NCBI GenBank assembly: GCA_016926705.1 | Contig: JAFGOC010000134.1 | Span: 1-48,705 of the forward strand | Reading direction: 5' to 3' | Source: Dehalococcoidales bacterium | GTDB taxonomy: Bacteria; Chloroflexota; Dehalococcoidia; Dehalococcoidales; RBG-16-60-22 | Length of the DNA stretch: 48,705 nucleotides | Shown: one piece after another, positions 17,044 to 25,605 of the stretch | Position numbering within the stretch: the stretch's first letter is position 1 | Layout: every line of letters starts with the position of its first letter | The notes under the pieces: generated by a model | Database searches by the model: none | Told to the model about the DNA's origin: nothing | The model's input: the letters and a program-made list of their open reading frames with translations, nothing else | Translations under genes and position numbers: made by a program

Positions 17044-18594
17044 ATGAAAATAGTCACCGCAGAGCAGATGAGGAAGATAGACCAGGCGTGCATAAAGACG
17101 GGCACGCCAGCCAGCACACTGATGGAGAACGCCGGCAAGTCCGTAGCCGAGGCGACGAGAGACTATCTGGGCGAGATTAAAAAGCAAAACATAGTATGCC
17201 TGATAGGCGGGGGGAACAACGGGGGCGACGGGCTGGTAGCGGCGCGGTATCTCAAGGGGTGGGGGGCCAAGGTAAGCATGTACCTGTGCAGCGAGAGGGC
17301 AGCCGGTGACACCAACCTGAAATTGGTCAAAGAAAAAGAAATCACGTGCATAGAGGCTAAGTCGGACAAAAGCCTGAAAAAACTCGATAGCCTGATAGAC
17401 AAGGCGACTTGCGTGATAGACGCGCTGCTCGGAACGGGCAAGATACGCCCGCTGGAGGGGGTATTTAAAAAGTCGCTGGAAAAAATAAATAAAGCCAAAG
17501 AGAAGAGGGGCTTAGGCGTTATCGCGGTGGATTTGCCGTCCGGCATGGACGCGGACACAGGAGCCATAGACCCCACCTGCCCTACCGCCGACCTGACGGT
17601 GACGCTGGCCTTCCCCAAGGCGGGGCTGTATAAATTCCCCGGGGCGGAGAGGACGGGCAGGGTGATAATTGCAGATATAGGCATACCGGAAAAGCTAGCG
17701 GATAAAATTAAAATAGAACTGCTGACGCAAGAATGGGCGGCAGCCACCCTACCGAAGCGCCCGCTTAACTCGAACAAAGGCACGTTCGGGCGGGTGCTGA
17801 TAAATGCGGGGTCAATTAACTACGTCGGGGCGGCCTGCCTGGCCTGCGGCGGGGCTTTACGGGTCGGGGCGGGGCTGGTAACGCTGGCAATACCCCGCAG
17901 TTTGCAGTCGGTTATCGCCTGCAGGGTTGCCGAAGGTACATATCTACCGCTGCCGGAATCCAGACCGGGGACGATATCGGTGGAAGCGGCGGACATCGTG
18001 CATAAACAATGTCCTCAATATAATGTATTATTGACCGGCTGCGGTCTGGGGCAGAACCCGGCGACGGTAGAATTCTTGAGCAGCCTGTTTTTAAAGAAGG
18101 GACTTCCTCCGCTGGTGATCGACGCCGACGGACTGAACATACTGGCGAGGATACCGAACTGGAGGCAACAGGTGCCGGATAACACGATACTGACGCCGCA
18201 CCCCGGCGAGATGGCAAGACTCACCGGAATGACCATCGATGAGATACAGAAGGACCGCACAGGCACGGCATTAAAATTCGCCGAAAAGTGGCAGAAAACG
18301 GTCGTTTTGAAGGGGGCTTTCACCGTGATTGCCAGCACGGACGGGAAATGCAGGGTAAGTCCCTTCGCCAACCCGGGACTAGCCTCGGGGGGGACGGGCG
18401 ACGTGCTGGCGGGAGTTATCGCGGGGCTGGCGGGGCAGGGGCTGAAACCTTACGACGCGGCGTCGCTGGGGGTCTATCTGCACGGGGCGGCGGGAGAGAA
18501 AGTAAAAGACGAAATAGGCGATGCCGGCATGATTGCGTCCGACCTGCTGCCGGCGCTGCCGCGGATAATCAAGCAACTGAAAAAACGGGGCTGA
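17044..18594 (+). CDS. nnr: Bifunctional NAD(P)H-hydrate epimerase/dehydratase
   Basis: LMENAG, GGGNNGGDG, DLPSG, NKGTFG, TPHPGEM, GGTGDVLAG. Confidence 0.95.
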   Translation: MKIVTAEQMRKIDQACIKTGTPASTLMENAGKSVAEATRDYLGEIKKQNIVCLIGGGNNGGDGLVAARYLKGWGAKVSMYLCSERAAGDTNLKLVKEKEITCIEAKSDKSLKKLDSLIDKATCVIDALLGTGKIRPLEGVFKKSLEKINKAKEKRGLGVIAVDLPSGMDADTGAIDPTCPTADLTVTLAFPKAGLYKFPGAERTGRVIIADIGIPEKLADKIKIELLTQEWAAATLPKRPLNSNKGTFGRVLINAGSINYVGAACLACGGALRVGAGLVTLAIPRSLQSVIACRVAEGTYLPLPESRPGTISVEAADIVHKQCPQYNVLLTGCGLGQNPATVEFLSSLFLKKGLPPLVIDADGLNILARIPNWRQQVPDNTILTPHPGEMARLTGMTIDEIQKDRTGTALKFAEKWQKTVVLKGAFTVIASTDGKCRVSPFANPGLASGGTGDVLAGVIAGLAGQGLKPYDAASLGVYLHGAAGEKVKDEIGDAGMIASDLLPALPRIIKQLKKRG

Positions 18595-18607
18595 AGAGGA
18601 GGAAGAT

Positions 18608-19372
18608 ATGCTGCTGGTTTTCGATATCGCTAATACGAATATCAAGATAGGCCTGTTCGATGGGAAAAAGCTGAAGGCGACCTGGCGGATTGCCACCGGC
18701 GTGCAGAGGATGGCCGACGAATACGCCGTAATACTGCTTAACTTTTTACACAACGAAGGCATAGACCCTAAAGAGATTAACGAAGGGGCAATGAGCTGTG
18801 TAGTGCCGCCGCTGGTGACGACTTTCAACGAGCTCTTCGAGAAATATTTTAAAATCAAGCCGCTGGTGGTGGGACCGGGGGTCAAGACGGGGGTGCGCAT
18901 ACGCTACCCCAATCCGAGGGAGGTAGGCGCCGACCTGATTGCCAACGCGGCAGCGGCGCTGGCGCTCTACAAACCGCCGATAATCGTGGTGGCGCTGGGA
19001 ACGGCGACCGCCTTCGCGACCGTTTCCAAAGACGGATACCTGGGGGGGGTAATCGCACCGGGGCTGGGCATATCGGCGGAGGCGCTTTATACACGCACGG
19101 CGGCCCTGCCGAGGGTGGAACTAGCCAGACCGAAAAAGACAATAGGCAACAACACCCAGGAAGCCATGCAGTCGGGCTTAATTTTCGGGTGGGCGGGGCT
19201 TATCGAGGGGATAGTGGAGCGGATACAGGCGGAGCTTGGGGAGAAGGCAACGGTGGTGGCGACGGGGGGCTGGGCGAGCATCATCGCAAAAGAAACGAAA
19301 GCCATCAACGAAGTAAATCCTGACTTAACGCTTTTAGGGATAAAAACAATTCATGATATGAACAGGGAGTAA
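18608..19372 (+). CDS. coaX: Type III pantothenate kinase homolog (atypical motifs)
   Basis: Overall CoaX fold (SCVVP, NPREVGAD, GG.IAPG, ATGG, LTLLG) and position before coaBC; key motifs are substituted. Confidence 0.85.
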   Translation: MLLVFDIANTNIKIGLFDGKKLKATWRIATGVQRMADEYAVILLNFLHNEGIDPKEINEGAMSCVVPPLVTTFNELFEKYFKIKPLVVGPGVKTGVRIRYPNPREVGADLIANAAAALALYKPPIIVVALGTATAFATVSKDGYLGGVIAPGLGISAEALYTRTAALPRVELARPKKTIGNNTQEAMQSGLIFGWAGLIEGIVERIQAELGEKATVVATGGWASIIAKETKAINEVNPDLTLLGIKTIHDMNRE

Positions 19373-19417
19373 AAGGGGTAAAATTCCAACAACCAGGATA
19401 CAAGATACAAACAAGTT

Positions 19418-19537
19418 TCAAATATCAAAAATCAAAGACACAGATTAAAAATAAAAAACGGGTAAAAGGGAACAGGGGGTGAGGAGGGGAAAGGGAGCCC
19501 ACTCACCTTAATCCTCTCCCACGGAGGGGAGAGGACA
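19418..19537. repeat. A-rich 41-bp repeat plus CTCACCTTAATCCTCTCCCAC..GGGGAGAGG hairpin (module copy 1)
   Basis: 19418-19458 is 39/41 identical to 20788-20828; the hairpin at 19498-19537 recurs at 20950-20988. Confidence 0.75.
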
Positions 19538-19578
19538 TAGAGGTTTTACGAGTACTATGGGCGGTTGAGGAGGATATT

Positions 19579-20778
19579 ATGCTGAAAAATAAGACAATAG
19601 TGCTGGGGATAACAGGGGGCATCGCGGCTTACAAGGCGGTGGACCTTGCCAGCAAGCTGACGCAGGCGGGAGCCAGGGTGGAGGTGGTGATGACCGAGGC
19701 GGCGACCAAGTTCGTGACGCCGCTGACACTGCGCAATATCACGCACCGTCAGGTGGTGACCGACATGTACGAGACGGCCTCCGAGTGGAGCGAGGAGCAT
19801 ATCGCGCTTGCCGAAGCCGCCGCGGCGGTAGTAATCGCTCCAGCGACAGCCAACACCATCGCCAGGCTGGCCACGGGAATCGCGGACAACATGCTGGGGA
19901 CGGTGGTGCTGGCGACGAAGGCGCCGGTGATTATCGCGCCGGCGATGAACGACGCGATGTACACTAATTCCGTGACGCAAAAGAACATCACCGCACTCAA
20001 GGCGCGGGGGTTTACATTTATCGAGCCGGAGTACGGCCGACTGGCCTCGGGGAAAACGGGGAAGGGCCGACTGCCGGATACAGCGACGATTATCAAGGCA
20101 ATAGAAAAGGCGCTGGGGCAAAAGCAGGACTTAAAGAATAAGCGCATCGTGGTGACGGCGGGGGGCACGCGAGAGCCAATCGACCCAGTGAGACATATAG
20201 GCAACCGGTCGTCGGGAAAGATGGGCTACGCCCTGTCGGAAGCGGCGCGGGACCGGGGGGCCAAGGTAACGCTGGTGGCGGCAAACGTGACGCTGGAAGA
20301 GCCCTCGGGCGTGGACGTTATAAAAGTCAAGACGGCGTCGGAGATGAAGAGGGCGGTAAGCGGGGCGGTCAAGAAAGCGGACGCGCTGATAATGGCGGCG
20401 GCGCCGGCGGACTATCAGCCGGAAATAATCGCTGAAGCCAAGATTAAAAAAGAGGCGGCGCAGACACTGACGTTAAAGCTGGTCAAGACGCCGGATATTT
20501 TGAGAGAGGTACAGGGGGACTTTTTGCGGGTGGGATTCGCGGCGGAGAGCGAGAATATCATCGCCAACGCGAAGAAAAAGCTGATAGAGAAGCGGCTCGA
20601 CCTGATTGTAGCAAATGATATTACGAAGACGGACAGCGGGTTCGACGCGGACACGAACAGAATCATTATTATAGATAAAAAGGGCAAGGCGGAGAAGCTG
20701 CCCTTGATGAGCAAGCGGGAGGCGGCGGAGAGGATACTGGACAGGGTGAGGGGGCTGGCGGGACAAGGGGGCAGGTAA
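19579..20778 (+). CDS. coaBC: Phosphopantothenoylcysteine decarboxylase/synthetase
   Basis: GGIAAYK, APATAN, PAMN, TAGGTREPIDPVR, NRSSGKMG, GFAAE, VAND. Confidence 0.95.
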   Translation: MLKNKTIVLGITGGIAAYKAVDLASKLTQAGARVEVVMTEAATKFVTPLTLRNITHRQVVTDMYETASEWSEEHIALAEAAAAVVIAPATANTIARLATGIADNMLGTVVLATKAPVIIAPAMNDAMYTNSVTQKNITALKARGFTFIEPEYGRLASGKTGKGRLPDTATIIKAIEKALGQKQDLKNKRIVVTAGGTREPIDPVRHIGNRSSGKMGYALSEAARDRGAKVTLVAANVTLEEPSGVDVIKVKTASEMKRAVSGAVKKADALIMAAAPADYQPEIIAEAKIKKEAAQTLTLKLVKTPDILREVQGDFLRVGFAAESENIIANAKKKLIEKRLDLIVANDITKTDSGFDADTNRIIIIDKKGKAEKLPLMSKREAAERILDRVRGLAGQGGR

Positions 20779-20787
20779 AATCAAAAA

Positions 20788-21211
20788 TCAAATCTCAAAA
20801 ATCAAAGACACAGATAAAAAATAAAAAATTAGTGAGAGGGATTTTTAATATCAGGTCAATAGGCAAAAAAGAAAATCCAACCTTATTTACCTGAATATGA
20901 AAGCGCCGTCATCGAGTTGTGGTGTAAGGATTAATATACGTAAAGATTTCCCCCTCACCTTAATCCTCTCCCACAAGGGGAGAGGACAATTATAAAGGGG
21001 CTGGATTCCCGAGCAGGTCGGGAATGACGTTTGAATCTAGGAGGCTGATAGAGGATTGAGAGACTAAAAACTCCCTTAATCCCTCTTTAAAAGAGTGAGG
21101 CGGGGGAAGGGGAATTACCACCACCCCAAACCGAGATCCTTCGCTACACTCAGGATGACAAACAAAACAGGAATGATCCTCCTGCGCTAAAGCTCCGGAG
21201 GGCAAGCAAGC
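20788..21211. repeat. Cluster of REP-like elements between coaBC and valS
   Basis: A-rich repeat (20788-20828), hairpin (20950-20988), ctggattcccgagcaggtcgggaatgac (21001-21028), cccttaatccctcttt (~21070), gagatccttcgctacactcaggatgaca (21133-21160), cctcctgcgctaaagctccggaggg (~21180). Confidence 0.7.
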
Positions 21212-21251
21212 TCACCATGAGCGGCAGATAAATAACTAGAAAGAGATACTC

Positions 21252-23912
21252 ATGACAACTAAACCCGAAAAACAAGCGGAGATGCCCAAGGCTTACGAGC
21301 CGGGGAGGGCGGAGGAGAAGTGGTACAGGTTCTGGATGGAGAAGGGCTATTTCACGCCGAAGATAGATAAGCAGAAAAAACCTTTCGTGATTATAATGCC
21401 GCCGCCGAATGTCACCGGCGAGCTACATTCCGGCCACGCGCTGGAGATGTCTTTACAGGACGCCATGATACGCTGGCACCGCATGAAAGGAGAGCCGACG
21501 CTCTGGCTGCCGGGGCTCGACCACGCGGCGATTGCCGCCCAGGTGGTGGTGGAGAGACAGCTGGCTAAAGAAGGAGTAGACCGGCACAAGCTGGGCCGGG
21601 AAAAGTTCCTGGAAAGAATGTATAAGTGGGTCGCGGCATGCCGCAATACAATCACAAACCAATTCACGAAACTGGGCGTATCCTGCGACTGGACGCGCCT
21701 GCGCTTTACGATGGACGAAATTTCCACAAGGGCGGTGCGCACCACCTTTAAAAACCTTTACGACAAGGGGCTGATATACCGCGGCGAGCGCATCATCAAC
21801 TGGTGCCCGCGCTGCGGCACGGCGCTATCCGACCTCGAGGTAGAGCACATCGACCTGAACGGTCACCTGTGGTACGTGAGATACCCGATTGCGGGGGAGA
21901 AGGACAAATATATCACGGTAGCCACCACGCGCCCGGAGACGATACTGGGCGATACGGCGGTAGCCGTGAATCCTAAAGACAAACGGTTCAAGGGCATGGC
22001 GGGCAAGAAGGTCATCCTGCCGGCCGTCAACCGCGAAATAACAATAGTCGCCGATGAAATCGTGAGTATGGAATTCGGCACCGGCGCCGTTAAGGTAACC
22101 CCCGCCCACGACCCGGTGGACTTCGAGATTGCGCAGAGGCAAAACCTGCCGCTGATAAATATCCTCAACAGCGATGTGACGATGAACGAAAACGCCGGTC
22201 CTTATAAAGGCATGGACAGGTACGAGTGCCGCAAGGCCATCATCGCCGACCTGGAGAAAAACGGACAACTGGTGAAAACCGAGGAGTACTCACATGCGGT
22301 GGGGCACTGCGACCGGTGCGGAACGGTGGTCGAGCCGATTGCCAGCCAGCAATGGTTCGTGAAGGTGGGGCCGCTGGCCAAGCCGGCCATCGAGGTGGTC
22401 AATAACGGACAGATTACGATACTGCCGGAGCGTTTCACCAAGGTATATCTGAACTGGATGGAGAACATCCGCGACTGGTGCATCAGCCGGCAGCTCTGGT
22501 GGGGACACCAGATACCCATCTGGTACTGCAAAGACTGCAACGAAATGACGGTAGCCGTAGAGACACCGACCGCCTGCGCCAAATGCGGGTCGAAGAGAAT
22601 CGAGCAGGACCCGGACACGCTGGACACATGGTTCAGCTCCGGTTTATGGCCGCACTCGACGCTGGGCTGGCCGGACGACACCGAAGACCTGCGCTACTTT
22701 TACCCGACAACGGTAATGAACCCCGGCTATGAAATCCTGTTTTTCTGGGTGGCACGGATGATAATGCTGGGCATAGAGAACACGGGGGAAATCCCCTTCC
22801 ACACCGTCTTTCTCCACGGCCTGATACGTGACGACCGAGGCGTCAAGATGAGCAAGACCAAGGGCAACGTCATCGACCCGCTGGAAATCGTGAACAAATA
22901 CGGCGCCGACGCCACACGAATGGCACTTACGACCGGCACGTCGCCCGGCAACGACTCGCGGCTATCCGTTGAGAAAATGGAGGCCGGCCGCAACTTCGCC
23001 AACAAACTCTGGAATGCGGCGCGGTTCGTCATCAGGAGTCTGGACGCAGGCAGCGACGCCACCACCGAGGTTAAAGCAGACGGACTAAAGACCGAAGATA
23101 AATGGATACTATCGCGCCTGAACAGGACGACGGGCGAGGTAACCAGGCTGATGGACGAGTTCCAGTTCGGGGAGGCGCAGAGGCAGATACACGATTTTAT
23201 CTGGGGAGAATACTGCGACTGGTATATCGAGATGGCGAAGATAAGGCTGCAGGCAAACGACACCTCGCCGCTGCCGGTGCTGGTGCACGTACTGGAAAAG
23301 TCGCTAAGGCTGCTGCACCCCTACATGCCATTCATCACCGAGGAACTATGGCAGCACTTGAGAAAATATATAAAAGAACCCAAGACAGAATCTATAATGG
23401 TTGCCGAATACCCGAAAGCCGATGAAAAACGGCTCGACGGGGAGGCAGAAAAAGAAATAGAGTCCGTGGCCGAGATAATACGGTCGATACGCAACACACG
23501 GGCGCAGTATAAAGTGGACATGACCCGCTGGATAGAGTCGAAAATATACAGTAACCAAGCGGCGATTTCCACTTACGCCGAAGCGATAATAGCGCTGGGG
23601 AGGACCAGGCCGGTAACCTTCCTCAAAGGGGAACCGGGGGAAAGGGCAGGGGACAATACGCTGGTTTTACCGCTGGCGCAGGCGACGGTGGTAATTCCGA
23701 TGGCCAGCATGTTCGACGTGGAGGCGGAGAGAAAAAGGCTGGAGAAGGAGCTGGTAGATACACAGTCGGAAGTGAGCCGACTGGAAGCCCGGCTGAAGGA
23801 CAAGGCGTTCCTGACCAAGGCACCTGCGGCGGTTGTTGAAAAGGAAAAAAATAAACTCTATACTTTGAATGAAAAGCTGGGAAAACTGAAACAACAGCAA
23901 TCAAGGCTTTAG
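21252..23912 (+). CDS. valS: Valine--tRNA ligase
   Basis: PPPNVTG.LH.GHA, DWCISRQLWWGH, LDTWFSS, KMSKT, C-terminal coiled coil. Confidence 0.97.
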   Translation: MTTKPEKQAEMPKAYEPGRAEEKWYRFWMEKGYFTPKIDKQKKPFVIIMPPPNVTGELHSGHALEMSLQDAMIRWHRMKGEPTLWLPGLDHAAIAAQVVVERQLAKEGVDRHKLGREKFLERMYKWVAACRNTITNQFTKLGVSCDWTRLRFTMDEISTRAVRTTFKNLYDKGLIYRGERIINWCPRCGTALSDLEVEHIDLNGHLWYVRYPIAGEKDKYITVATTRPETILGDTAVAVNPKDKRFKGMAGKKVILPAVNREITIVADEIVSMEFGTGAVKVTPAHDPVDFEIAQRQNLPLINILNSDVTMNENAGPYKGMDRYECRKAIIADLEKNGQLVKTEEYSHAVGHCDRCGTVVEPIASQQWFVKVGPLAKPAIEVVNNGQITILPERFTKVYLNWMENIRDWCISRQLWWGHQIPIWYCKDCNEMTVAVETPTACAKCGSKRIEQDPDTLDTWFSSGLWPHSTLGWPDDTEDLRYFYPTTVMNPGYEILFFWVARMIMLGIENTGEIPFHTVFLHGLIRDDRGVKMSKTKGNVIDPLEIVNKYGADATRMALTTGTSPGNDSRLSVEKMEAGRNFANKLWNAARFVIRSLDAGSDATTEVKADGLKTEDKWILSRLNRTTGEVTRLMDEFQFGEAQRQIHDFIWGEYCDWYIEMAKIRLQANDTSPLPVLVHVLEKSLRLLHPYMPFITEELWQHLRKYIKEPKTESIMVAEYPKADEKRLDGEAEKEIESVAEIIRSIRNTRAQYKVDMTRWIESKIYSNQAAISTYAEAIIALGRTRPVTFLKGEPGERAGDNTLVLPLAQATVVIPMASMFDVEAERKRLEKELVDTQSEVSRLEARLKDKAFLTKAPAAVVEKEKNKLYTLNEKLGKLKQQQSRL

Positions 23913-23921
23913 GAGGTGGAT

Positions 23922-24398
23922 ATGTTCTCGAAAATACTGGTCCCGCTGGACGGGTCGAAAGTAGGCGAGGCGGCCCTACCGGCGATCGAACAGATGATAA
24001 GCAAGCTGGCGGCCGGAACAAAAGTGGAAGTTGTACTCATCGGGGTGATAACGCTACTGCGGCACTGGGTGGTGGTGGGAGAGGCAAGCGCTCCGGTTTC
24101 CTATACGGAAGAAGAGCTCAATCTCATCAAAAAGAGAGTGGAGGACTACCTGGGCAAGACCGGGGATTCGCTGAAGAAGAAGGGCGTGACGGTCAGCACG
24201 ATAGTAAGCACGGGCAACGCCGCCGACGAGATAATTAAAGCCGCCGGGCAAACGGGGGCGGACCTGATAGCGATGTCCACGCACGGGCGGTCGGGGTGGA
24301 AGCGGCTGGCTTTCGGGAGCATCACGGACAAGGTGATGCACCACTCCAGCATACCGGTGCTGATGGTGCGCGCGCCCGAGGGCACGGTGAACGAGTAA
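23922..24398 (+). CDS. Universal stress protein
   Basis: KILVPLDGS, DLIAMSTHGRSG...FGS..DKV....PVL. Confidence 0.9.
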   Translation: MFSKILVPLDGSKVGEAALPAIEQMISKLAAGTKVEVVLIGVITLLRHWVVVGEASAPVSYTEEELNLIKKRVEDYLGKTGDSLKKKGVTVSTIVSTGNAADEIIKAAGQTGADLIAMSTHGRSGWKRLAFGSITDKVMHHSSIPVLMVRAPEGTVNE

Positions 24399-24401
24399 GG
24401 G

Positions 24402-24500
24402 AAAACTCCCTTAATCCCTCTTTAAGAAAGAGGGAGACTAGCAGGGGAGATACCCCACCCTGAGATTCTTCCCCCGATTTGCATCGGGGTCAGAATGACA
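24402..24500. repeat. Composite REP-like element between convergent genes
   Basis: aaactcccttaatccctcttt..agag plus gagattctt-cccgatttgcatcggg-tcagaatgaca, in the same order as at 21066-21160. Confidence 0.7.
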
Positions 24501-25227
24501 GAGGGGTATCAAGGTCGGCGGCGAGGGCTTGATAAACGCCCTTTTGTCGCCACTGTTTTTTCAGATAGTCCAGAGCCTTTTTAGTGTCGCTGGCGATGCG
24601 GGCTTTCTCACATCTTTTAAGTCGGAACTTAAACAGCCAGTAGGTAAACTCCTTCATCTCGTCGATGGTGGTGGAGAGGCGGTGGGGATGCCGTTTTTCC
24701 TTGCGGAACTGCTGGAGAAGCTCGTCCCTTTCAACGCCATAGATGCGGTGATAGGCTTCATCAGAGGAATGAGCGCGTCTTAAGCCCTGCACCCAGCGTT
24801 CCTTATCAATGGCCTCCTGGACGGCCAGCAGCAGGGCTTCCTCCACGGTGACGCCGTAGAAATAGTTGAGGTACTGGGCATACTTTTTCTCGCCGATAAG
24901 CTCTTTGACCTCCGAGGCATCCAACTCAAGCGGGGGGACGCCGTGAAAGAGGAGGTCGTCCCTTTCTTTTTGCGGGAGGAAATCCGCGACCGTACCGCAG
25001 AGCCGCTCCGCCAGCAGAAGCCAGTCGAAAGCCTCGCCGTCGATGAGGTAAACACAGGAGCGGTCGTTATACTCCTCCGAGGCGCTGGACCAGAGCCCAA
25101 TAGCCCCGAGGAGGGCGAGATACCAGTGCTTGCCGGAGGCGAGGGACTCCTTGAGATAGCGGATGGCCGCGGCGTCGCCGGGGGAGGCGGACCCGGCGGG
25201 GACGAGAGGATTATCAACGGCGTTCAT
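24490..25227 (-). CDS. Hypothetical protein
   Basis: Long ORF with host-like composition; no recognisable family motif; start codon uncertain. Confidence 0.65.
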   Translation of the reverse strand: MNAVDNPLVPAGSASPGDAAAIRYLKESLASGKHWYLALLGAIGLWSSASEEYNDRSCVYLIDGEAFDWLLLAERLCGTVADFLPQKERDDLLFHGVPPLELDASEVKELIGEKKYAQYLNYFYGVTVEEALLLAVQEAIDKERWVQGLRRAHSSDEAYHRIYGVERDELLQQFRKEKRHPHRLSTTIDEMKEFTYWLFKFRLKRCEKARIASDTKKALDYLKKQWRQKGVYQALAADLDTPLSF

Positions 25228-25240
25228 AGTACAAACCAAA

Positions 25241-25300
25241 ATCCCTCTCTAACTCTCTCCCGTATCAAGTACGGGGCAGGCTCTTTTTCAAAGGGAGAGG
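25241..25300. repeat. REP-like hairpin with nested cccgtatcaagtacggggcaggctct module
   Basis: ccctctctaactctct[module]tttcaaagggagagg. Confidence 0.65.
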
Positions 25301-25321
25301 ATGATAGTGCAAAACGCGCAT

Positions 25322-25594
25322 CTATTTTTGCTCCGAGAACCCTGCCTTGAGTTTTTCATAGAAAGCGAGGCGGCCGGTATCGACGAGCTCGGTGAGTTTT
25401 TTGGCGATGGCTTCTCCAGCGCCGGGGATTTCTTTGAGGCGGTCTTCGGCAACGAGCTTAGACACAGGCTCCTTAAGCTCAAGGATAGAGCGGGCGACCT
25501 TTTCATAAGCGCGGATTTTGAATATATTATCTTTCTTGAGCCGGAGCCTGGCGGCGATATCAGAGAAGATGGCGGAGATTTCAGCGTTGGTCAT
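25322..25594 (-). CDS. Stand-alone PolX N-terminal helix-hairpin-helix (8 kDa lyase-like) domain protein
   Basis: N.EIS.IF..IA..L....DN.FKIRAY..VARSI...IPGAGEAIAKKL.ELVDTG.L. Confidence 0.8.
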   Translation of the reverse strand: MTNAEISAIFSDIAARLRLKKDNIFKIRAYEKVARSILELKEPVSKLVAEDRLKEIPGAGEAIAKKLTELVDTGRLAFYEKLKAGFSEQK

Positions 25595-25605
25595 GATTTA
25601 AAAAA

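Noticed and set aside
20850-20934. Possible gene remnant (KKKIQPYLPEYESAVIELWCKD*)
   Set aside because: Too short, with no start codon and no recognisable family; cannot be supported without a database search.
20780-21251. T-box leader upstream of valS
   Set aside because: I could not find the T-box consensus (AATTNGGGTGGNACCGCG-like) or a terminator/antiterminator; the space is filled with repeats.
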